DNA of 64,000 nt from Diplonema japonicum (taxonomy: Eukaryota > Protista > Euglenozoa: Diplonemea): positions 186,001 to 250,000 of the forward strand of contig OZ025667.1 in NCBI GenBank assembly GCA_964019335.1. The letters are read 5' to 3'. The stretch's first letter is position 1; every line of letters starts with the position of its first letter. This document shows positions 56,008-64,000 of this stretch, piece after piece. A model generated the notes under the pieces. It was not told the origin of the DNA. It did no database searches and worked only from the letters and a program-made list of their open reading frames with translations. A program made the position numbers and the translations under genes.

Positions 56008-59000
56008 ATGCAGAGCGATCTCTCTATGACCTCGCGGAGGCATGTCTTCGGGATGAAGGCAGACGTGAAGGATAACATACATTACATAGACGACCAGACG
56101 GTGGCGTACCCAGTGGGGAAGACCTTTGTGGTGTACAACCAAGCAACAAACACACAGAAGTTCATGATGGGGCAGGAACGTGCGGAGGGGCTCTCTGCGA
56201 TGGCCATCACACCGAACAAGAAGTACATAGCTGTCGCAACGTGCGGGGACAGCCCCAGCATAGAGATATTCGACACAACGACAAGGAAGAGGAGGAAGTC
56301 GCTGAACCTGCAGGACCTTGGCAGCAGGGAGTTTGTCTGCCTGTCGTTTTCAAGTGACTGCCGACACCTTGTCACGCAGGGCGGTGCCCCCGAGTGGAAC
56401 CTCGTCTTCTGGACATGGGACAGGCTGAAGTCCCTCGCTATGCTATCAACAGCCCCCGACCGTGAGGGCAGCAAGATCGACAAAGGACACATAACATGCG
56501 TCACGAGCAATCCCGCTGACCCGTACCACATCTGCGTCTCAGGGAACGGTGTCTTCCGGTTCTACAGGTTTGCCGATGGGCAGCTGAAGCCTGCGCCAGG
56601 CGGGATGGGAAAACGTGACCCTCAGAACATACTCTGCCACAGATGGCTCAAAGACTCCGATAGAATCGTCGCCTCCACCGAGTCAGGCGACCTTTTACTT
56701 GTCGAGAATTGCGAGTTCAAGTGCATCCTCCCCTTGTCGCCCTCCGACGGTCTCTCCATAGATGTCCTTGTCGCGTATTCCAAAGGCTTCATCTGCGGCG
56801 GCGACATGGGCCTTATCAGTGTCTACGAACATTCTGACGAAAAGGAGCTCTACCGCAAGGTGAAGACTGTGAAGATAGACCCAAAGCGCGACAGCGACGT
56901 GACCACTGACTGTGACCCTGTCATCCAGTCCTTCTCGCTGAACCAGGCGGAAGACCACTTAGCAATAAGTACATGCAACGGTGTGGGGTCCTGCTTCGGC
57001 CAGCTCTACGTCCTCAACATCGCGTCGGATGCCACGAAACCAGAGGCCCTGCAACCCGAGTACCTCCTCTCTCCCTTCCACACAGCACCCATAACGGGTA
57101 TCGACACGTGCATCAGGAAGCCTCTCGTCGCCACGTGCAGCAAGGACCACACGATAAGGATTTGGAACTACGTTGAGCACACGCTGGAGATAGTCAAGAC
57201 CTTCCCTGTCGAAGCGGTGTCTATCGCCATGCACCCCAGCGGTCTTCACATTCTGGTGGGCTTCGCTGACAAGCTAAAATTCATGAACCTATACGGCGAC
57301 GACATGAAGGAGTTTAAGTCCTTCAACATGCGTTCTGTCCCCGAGTGTAAATTTTCGCACGGCGGGCAGTACTTCGCAGTGGTGCACGGGCAGGTCATCC
57401 AACTGTACAGCACGTACACGTGTGAGCAGATTGCCCCACTCCGAGGGCCCACAGGGAAGATCCGATGTTTGTGCTGGCTCCCCCCCGATGACACACGCCT
57501 GCTTAGTGCGGGGCATGACGGTGCTGTCTACGACTGGAACGTGAAGGAAGGCCGCAAGGAAGGAGACCATGTGATGAAGGCCGTGCAGTACACGTCAGTC
57601 GCATCGAATGGGTCGCACCCGTCGGGGTTGCTGTGGGCCGTAGGCAACGACAGAAAGCTCAGGGAAATGGAAATGGGCGGCTTGGGCATCGTGAACGAGT
57701 GGGAAGTAGGGGACTACCCCTTGCTGTCGCTGGCATACGCACCGAACCATAAGCTGCTGCTGGCTGGTGCTGAAGACGGGTCCATAAAGGTCATCTCAAC
57801 ACCCGTGCAGAACGGGATGCACCAAGCAGAAACCACAGTTGCCCACTCAGCACCCATATCGAAGATTTGCGTCACCTTTGACGAGTCGGTCCTCTTCTCA
57901 GTCGGTGAAGATGGCTGCTTGTGGATGTTCGACATTAAGGAGAAAGACGGCAGAGGGCCCTCGAAGCGCGAAGTGACATACGCTGAAGAGATCCTGATTT
58001 CAAAAGCGGACCTCGAGGAAAAGAACACGGCGATCGGGGATCTGAAACAGAAGGTAGACGAGCTGAAGATCGAGATGGACTACCTAGCGAGGAAGAGGGA
58101 TATCAAGCACGAGGAAAAGATCAAAGAGATGCAAGACCAGTTCAAAGAGGATTCAGAGAAACAGTGGTCGAAGTTTGAAGCGCTTCTTTCGCTGAAGCAA
58201 GAACAAGAGCTGGCCTTCACGGATATCAGGAAAGAAACGGGAGAGAAACACAGGAAAGAGATCGCAAAGTTGGAATCAGACTACCAGAGCAAGATACAAG
58301 GGGCGGAGGAGCTGAAAACGAAACTAACGAAAACCTTTGGGGAGCAGAAGCAAAGCTTTGAAGAGCAGGTGACGTCTGCAGATACGCTGCTTGATAAGAC
58401 ACGCAAGGAGCTCAATGAGAACTTCCAGGAGGCGCTGAACGTAGAGAAGGAGTCGTGTGATGCGTTGCGTAACAACGAACGGGATCTCATCAAGGAGCAC
58501 AGGGAAATCCGTGCGCAGCTGGAGAAGGACACAGACGACGAGATCGAGGAGATCAAAGAGCGCTACGAGAAGCGCCTCGGGACAGAGCGCGACCACTTCC
58601 TGCAGCTGAAGGGCGAGAACGGCATCATGCGTAAGAAGTTCACAACGCTTCAAAAGGAGATCGCCGATAAGAACGAAGAGATCACCCAACTAATGGACGC
58701 CTTGCAGATGCTCGGCCACAAAATATCTCGTATAGAGCTAGATATAGAAAACCTAAAGGCTGAAATCAAAGAAAGAGACGAAACCATCGGCGACAAGGAG
58801 AAAAGGATCTACGATCTGAAGAAGAAAAACCAGGAGCTGGAGAAGTTTAAATTCGTGCTGGATTTCAAAATCAGGGAGTTGAAGTCGCAGATCGAACCGA
58901 GGCAGGACGAGATCGCAGCGGCGAAACAGAAAATCAAGGACATGGACAAGGATCTTGAGAGGTACCACCAGAACAATCTTTCGTTGTATGCGACTATCGA

Positions 59001-59619
59001 GGAGCTTAAAAAGAGGATAGAGCAGCAGCAGAAGGAAATCCACAAGCTGGCCAATCAGTTGAAGGATTCTGAGACCTACAAAAACAGAGTGAGGACTGAT
59101 TTATCAGAGCTAGTTCAAAAGATCCAAGAGCCGAAACAACTATCGCAAGCAGTTGCGCAGCTTTATAGAAAACACGTGAAAAGGTCGGTGTCAAAGGCCC
59201 CTGCAGTGGATGAGGGTCTGCACACGGAGTACAACAGGCAGAAGGAGTTCCTCAGCCGAACGGTAGAGTCGTTGAAGAAGAAATCGATAAAGGACAACGA
59301 CGGTCACAAAGGAGATGCGAACAGGATTATGAATGAGAATGTGCAGCTCATCAAAGAGATTAACGATCTCCGAAAAGAGATCAGAAGTATCAAAGCCGCT
59401 GCCTCTACCGACAAAGGCTCCTCCAAGTCCGCCATCGGCAACCTGCTCCACGCGAATGTCGCGGAGCAAACTGTCCGTGAGCTTGAAATGCAGCAGGTCG
59501 AGATAGACCGCCTCAAGAAGAAGATAGCCGAGGCGGAGGAACATCTGGATCAACGCCGCCCCAGCTCCCGCGACCTCCCGTCCCTCAACTCCACAGAGCA
59601 GATAGACAGCACGGCATGA
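56008..59619 (+). CDS. CFAP57: Cilia- and flagella-associated protein 57 (WDR65)
   Basis: RHVFG..., WD40 repeats (DTCIRKPLVATCSKDHTIRIWNY, HPSGLHILVGFADKL), long coiled coil with LKGENGIMRKKF and KKNQELEKFKFVLDFKIRELKSQIEPR. Confidence 0.93.
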   Translation: MQSDLSMTSRRHVFGMKADVKDNIHYIDDQTVAYPVGKTFVVYNQATNTQKFMMGQERAEGLSAMAITPNKKYIAVATCGDSPSIEIFDTTTRKRRKSLNLQDLGSREFVCLSFSSDCRHLVTQGGAPEWNLVFWTWDRLKSLAMLSTAPDREGSKIDKGHITCVTSNPADPYHICVSGNGVFRFYRFADGQLKPAPGGMGKRDPQNILCHRWLKDSDRIVASTESGDLLLVENCEFKCILPLSPSDGLSIDVLVAYSKGFICGGDMGLISVYEHSDEKELYRKVKTVKIDPKRDSDVTTDCDPVIQSFSLNQAEDHLAISTCNGVGSCFGQLYVLNIASDATKPEALQPEYLLSPFHTAPITGIDTCIRKPLVATCSKDHTIRIWNYVEHTLEIVKTFPVEAVSIAMHPSGLHILVGFADKLKFMNLYGDDMKEFKSFNMRSVPECKFSHGGQYFAVVHGQVIQLYSTYTCEQIAPLRGPTGKIRCLCWLPPDDTRLLSAGHDGAVYDWNVKEGRKEGDHVMKAVQYTSVASNGSHPSGLLWAVGNDRKLREMEMGGLGIVNEWEVGDYPLLSLAYAPNHKLLLAGAEDGSIKVISTPVQNGMHQAETTVAHSAPISKICVTFDESVLFSVGEDGCLWMFDIKEKDGRGPSKREVTYAEEILISKADLEEKNTAIGDLKQKVDELKIEMDYLARKRDIKHEEKIKEMQDQFKEDSEKQWSKFEALLSLKQEQELAFTDIRKETGEKHRKEIAKLESDYQSKIQGAEELKTKLTKTFGEQKQSFEEQVTSADTLLDKTRKELNENFQEALNVEKESCDALRNNERDLIKEHREIRAQLEKDTDDEIEEIKERYEKRLGTERDHFLQLKGENGIMRKKFTTLQKEIADKNEEITQLMDALQMLGHKISRIELDIENLKAEIKERDETIGDKEKRIYDLKKKNQELEKFKFVLDFKIRELKSQIEPRQDEIAAAKQKIKDMDKDLERYHQNNLSLYATIEELKKRIEQQQKEIHKLANQLKDSETYKNRVRTDLSELVQKIQEPKQLSQAVAQLYRKHVKRSVSKAPAVDEGLHTEYNRQKEFLSRTVESLKKKSIKDNDGHKGDANRIMNENVQLIKEINDLRKEIRSIKAAASTDKGSSKSAIGNLLHANVAEQTVRELEMQQVEIDRLKKKIAEAEEHLDQRRPSSRDLPSLNSTEQIDSTA

Positions 59620-59725
59620 GCATTGGTAATCCCATCCCTCCCACACATCTGTTCATATTATTCAATACTTTGCTGCTTTCCGCTTTGTATTCATAATTTT
59701 AGTTCACACAACATATCAAAAAAAA

Positions 59726-60802
59726 ATGAAGCTTTTGTTGCCTGTTCTGCTGTGCCTTGTGGCCGAAGTGCGTGCTGTGGACTACCTGTGGCAGGGGTTC
59801 GACGCGAGGTGGCTGCGAAGGGAGGTTGGGTTCGAGACCCCCCACAGGCTGGGGAGTGTGGCGAACTACCTCATGAACAACCAGAGCGGTTGGTACACCA
59901 ACATGACCCTGACGCCTGGTGTGACCGGCGACTACTCGCACCCTGAGACCTTCTACACCGAGCTTCCCAGCGGGTTCACTGTCGGGGAGGAAGTGGTGGA
60001 GTTCGAGTGGACCGACAAGCTTGACAACAGCACCTACCCCTCCGCAAGCTCTTTTAAGACGAAGAAATTCACCATCCCACAGGAGGCAACTGCTCTGCTT
60101 AAGGGGATCAGGCTGGACATGCACTGTGACCCCAGCCTGCAGCCTGTCGACCGTCCCTGCAACTCTGAGGGTGACTGGATGTCGTACTTCAACATCTCGC
60201 AGAGCTGTCAGACCCCCACGTCGTGCACTGTTGCAGTGAGCCTCACGAGGGGATGGACACCCTCGCAGGGGGGTGGCAAGCCCATCAACGCTGTGATGAG
60301 CTACAAGGCGTACGTCCCTGTGATGACACTGATTGGGATGGACCACACAGCGCATGCGGAGACCCCTCTGGTGAAGTCGGGCACGACAACCACCAACCGT
60401 GTGGACGAGGAGACCACCTACTTGAATGTGCCATTGGACAGCTCTGCGTTCGTTGGGATCAGAGAAGTGGCCTTCCAGCTGTTCGAGACCAACGGACAGA
60501 AGAACCTTGGGAGGTACCTTGAGAGGTTTGCCTTCCATGTGGGCCCCTTCTCTAGGGTGTGGCCATCCACCACACTGGAGATGAACTACAAGCTTGGACT
60601 TACCTCTGCTGAGACCACCACGTACCCCTCAAAGTTCACGGCCACAATGGTTCCCGCTGTGGTGAGTTGGAAGACCCCCAACGGCATGTTCCCTATCCCA
60701 CAGAAGAAGGTTGAGGGCACTGTGTGCCAGTCGGGCATCGGCTTCTCCTGCAGGGACCACTTCCTCAAGGAGAGCGACAACGACCTTGTCCCCCTGAAGT
60801 AG
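59726..60802 (+). CDS. Secreted protein of unknown function, paralog 1
   Basis: Signal peptide, 358 aa, 6 Cys in the mature part; near-identical paralog downstream. Confidence 0.85.
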   Translation: MKLLLPVLLCLVAEVRAVDYLWQGFDARWLRREVGFETPHRLGSVANYLMNNQSGWYTNMTLTPGVTGDYSHPETFYTELPSGFTVGEEVVEFEWTDKLDNSTYPSASSFKTKKFTIPQEATALLKGIRLDMHCDPSLQPVDRPCNSEGDWMSYFNISQSCQTPTSCTVAVSLTRGWTPSQGGGKPINAVMSYKAYVPVMTLIGMDHTAHAETPLVKSGTTTTNRVDEETTYLNVPLDSSAFVGIREVAFQLFETNGQKNLGRYLERFAFHVGPFSRVWPSTTLEMNYKLGLTSAETTTYPSKFTATMVPAVVSWKTPNGMFPIPQKKVEGTVCQSGIGFSCRDHFLKESDNDLVPLK

Positions 60803-61659
60803 TTCTGCCCGCTCTCCGGGTACATCCTTGCTTTCCCCGTCTCCCCTTTCGATAACGTTGCCCTGTCTGATAGCAGCTTTTGGTTGGTAAAATTAAGTGT
60901 TAATAAAAAGTTGCTGTTTACTTCCATAAAAATTAGCTTTCCTGTTGCCTCTCATTCTGCGGTTCACCCAACTGTAGCATTGCAATTGGCGGCAGGTGAA
61001 TAATTTTGTTCGCGACAGTCTGAAGTTAAATTCACGGGCTGGGGGAGCCGTTGGTGCGGATAAGCGGAGTTTCAAATAAAGGCCCCTTTGCGGTCACCGC
61101 TGCACTCAATCCCAAGCTTCTGTTTTAGAGGTGCCCAGCTCTGAAATAACAACAGAAAAGTGAAACAAAATAAATTGATTTCCCCTGGTGGCGGGCGCAC
61201 AGAAGAGGAGGATTTTATTTTCCTTTTAGAATTTATGAGGGAGGGTTCCCCCCATCTGGGGATCTCTTTATCCACATCTCATTTCTGTGTGTGTTCGCTT
61301 CCATGTGTGAAGGTTAACATGTTTTTCACCTATCCAGCTGCTTGAAGACGGGCTGCTTTGGTTCCTTTGACTCCTTTTTAAAAAAGGAACATGAAACAAA
61401 GAAAAAAAAAAAGAAAAAAAAAAGTGTGCTCTCTTCTCTTAACTCTCGACAACGTCTTGTGTTCTGACTCCTTTTTTTTTTTCTTCCTGTTTTAGAGCGT
61501 GTCTGTGTGGGTATTTCTTTTTTTTATTATTATCGTATTTTTGTTTCGAGGTTGCTTTTACTGCACCTGTTCTCTCTTATTTCTCTTTTTCAAAAGTCTT
61601 TTTCTGCTTTTCCGTTGCACTAACCTTACCAACAGAACAAAGAAGAAATTTATTACATC

Positions 61660-62736
61660 ATGAAGTTCCTGCTGCCTGTTCTGCTGTGCCTTGTGGCCGA
61701 AGTGCGTGCTGTGGACTACCTGTGGCAGGGTATGGACGCGAGGTGGCTGCGAAGGGAGGTTGGGTTCGAGACCCCCCACAGGCTGGGGAGTGTGGCGAAC
61801 TACCTCATGAACAACCAGAGCGGTTGGTACAGCAACATCACCTTCACCGCAGGGGTGAGCGGCGACTACGCACACCCGCAGACTTTCTACACCGAGCTTC
61901 CCAGCGGGTTCACTGTCGGGGAGGAAGTGGTGGAGTTCGAGTGGACCGACAAGCTTGACAACAGCACCTACCCCTCCGCAAGCTCCACAAAGGCGAAGCA
62001 CTTCACCATCCCAAAGGAGGCAACTGCTCTGCTTAAGGGGATCAGGCTGGACATGCACTGTGACCCCAGCCTGCAGCCTGTCAACTTTCCCTGCAACTCT
62101 GAGGGTGACTGGCTGTCGTACTTCAACATCTCGCAGAGCTGTCAGACCCCCACGTCGTGCACTGTTGCAGTGAGCCTCACGAGGGGGTGGACACCTGCAC
62201 ACGGTGGTGGCAAGCCCATCAACGCTGTGATGAGCTACAAGGCGTACGTCCCTGTGATGACACTGATTGGGATGGACCACACAGCGCATGCGGAGACCCC
62301 TCTGGTGAGGTCGGGCACGACAACCACAACACGCGTGGACGAGGAGACCACCTACGTGGACGTGCCTTCCGACAGCTCTGCGATCGTTGGGATCAGAGAA
62401 GTGGCGTACCAGCTGTTCGAGACCGACGGGTACAAGAACCTTGGGAGGTACCTTGAGAGGTTTGCCTTCCAGATGGGCCCCTTCTCGAGGAAATGGCCGT
62501 CCACCACACTGGAGATGAACTACAAGCTCGGAGTGACAGCTGCTGAGACCACCACGTACCCCTCAAAGTTCACGGCCACAATGGTTCCTGCTGTGGTGAC
62601 CTGGCCGACCCCCAACGGCGTTTTCCCCACCCCCCAAAAGAAGGTTGAGGGCACTGTGTGCCAGACTGGTTTTGCATTCTCTTGCAGAGACCACTTCCTC
62701 AAGGAGAGCAACAACGAAGTGGTCCCTCTGAAGTGA
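61660..62736 (+). CDS. Secreted protein of unknown function, paralog 2
   Basis: Same length and colinear with 59726-60802. Confidence 0.85.
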   Translation: MKFLLPVLLCLVAEVRAVDYLWQGMDARWLRREVGFETPHRLGSVANYLMNNQSGWYSNITFTAGVSGDYAHPQTFYTELPSGFTVGEEVVEFEWTDKLDNSTYPSASSTKAKHFTIPKEATALLKGIRLDMHCDPSLQPVNFPCNSEGDWLSYFNISQSCQTPTSCTVAVSLTRGWTPAHGGGKPINAVMSYKAYVPVMTLIGMDHTAHAETPLVRSGTTTTTRVDEETTYVDVPSDSSAIVGIREVAYQLFETDGYKNLGRYLERFAFQMGPFSRKWPSTTLEMNYKLGVTAAETTTYPSKFTATMVPAVVTWPTPNGVFPTPQKKVEGTVCQTGFAFSCRDHFLKESNNEVVPLK

Positions 62737-63414
62737 GCTATTCTTCTCTCTTGTTTAAACTGTATTATCCTGACTTACTTGCAAGGCAAACGACTCCCTT
62801 GACTTTGATTACTCGACTCGAAGGGAAAAAAAAATTTTTTTTGCCATCCGATATTTGTTTTTTTTTTTTTTTTTTTTTTTTATTATTATTTGTACGTTTC
62901 TTCTTGACACTCCTTGTTACCTCCGAATGGTTGGTTCTCTCCTTTTGTCAACGTGTGTTGGCTGCGTCTTTGTTTTCTTTGTGTGTTCTAGCGTGCGGCT
63001 TTTGGACTTCAGACGTTGTTGACCCCTCAATTCTAGCTTTTAGGTGTGTATATACTCCACCGCTAACGTTTTATCCCCCACTCCCTCCCCCTAGATGTGG
63101 GGCCAGATTGGTTTTTTTTTTTTTCTCTGTCATTTCCTCTCAAAGGTTGCTCTCTAAAAATTTTTTTTGGTATTCCCTTGGAGAAAGGGTGGGGGGGGGG
63201 CGGGGTGCGATGGTACATGTTTTGCCTTCAGAATCGAAACAATTCGACCCCCCCCCCCCCCCTCCCTCTCCCTCCATGTGTGAAGGATTGCTCTCTTATT
63301 TTTTTTTTATTTTTTTCACCGTTCTGGCTTCCCCATGTTTGTTTCCTTTCTTTTTTTTTTCTCAAGGTACTGTTGCTCTTCTTAAACCCTCAAGGAAAAA
63401 AAAAAAAAAATAAC

Positions 63415-64000
63415 ATGCAAGAAGATGAGCAAAGCTTTGAAAGCCTGAGCTATGACAGTTTTGCACCGGATGAGGAGCAAGAAGAACTTAGAGGCGAGAA
63501 ACGGAAACGAAGACCGGACGACGAGCCCAACTGGAAATGTGAGGACTGTGGTTTCACGAACAAGGGAAAGTACAAGAACGTGAAGTGCTTCAGGTGTGCG
63601 AAACCCAAACCAGAGGACGAGTTCGCCTTGAAACAAGCAGAAGACGCGGCAGTGGCACGTGTGATGAAGAAGCAAAAGGTGGACAGCGAAGAAGAAAAAC
63701 TGTTGAAAATCCCCTTAAAAGAGGCAGAAGAGTTCCTTGAGGAAACCATCACAACAACAACAGTGCTGACCAAGTACGTGGAACGGCTGAAAGAACGGGT
63801 ATATTACCCCATCCCTTTAAAAAAGAAAAAAAAAAAAAAAGAAATTGGAAAAAAAATAAAATAAATATAAACATAACAGAATCAAACACTCGATTACTTG
63901 ACGGAGCTAGAGGAGATTGCAGCCGCGCGTTTTAACGAGAACAACACAGACGAGCTTTTAAAAGTGGGTGTGGCGGTGTTGGAGACATGCGGGGAGTTGT
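63415..64000 (+). CDS. RanBP2-type zinc finger protein (3'-partial); intron 63799-63879
   Basis: WKCEDCGFTN...KCFRCAKPKP. Splicing GTATAT..CAG continues in frame as NQTLDYLTELEEIAAARF... to the window end. Confidence 0.75.

Noticed and set aside
1-64000. tRNA, rRNA, spliced-leader RNA genes; alternative genetic code
   Set aside because: No recognisable cloverleaf, rRNA or SL exon seen. Genes end in TAA, TAG and TGA with no in-frame stops after splicing.

Overview
Eukaryotic nuclear DNA, most likely from a flagellated euglenozoan (diplonemid-like; this is an inference). About 24 host protein-coding genes all lie on the + strand, forming a directional gene cluster, and are separated by spacers dominated by A/T/G/C homopolymers. 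Recognisable genes: tetraspanin-like, C2-domain, PPR, SET/PR, WW+metacaspase, GALE, a GC-rich secreted glycoprotein, WW, Kelch, adrenodoxin-like ferredoxin, BK/Slo K+ channel, SRP14, membrane-anchored MAP3K, four tandem GGCT-like genes, CFAP57, two tandem secreted proteins and a RanBP2-ZnF protein. I can place 17 tiny GT-AG introns (35-81 nt). Many have a poly(A) tract instead of a polypyrimidine tract before the 3' AG, and they sit mostly in the 3' part of genes. The spacers hold several mobile element families: a 5'-truncated APE/RT LINE plus remnants and SINE-like partners that end in (ATC)GAG-poly(T) and sit in T-tracts; TA-flanked MITEs and foldbacks; a three-copy Helentron/HINE-like family; and a T-shaped, bistable palindrome made of two inverted lox-like sites. 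All calls are by eye from motifs; no searches were run.
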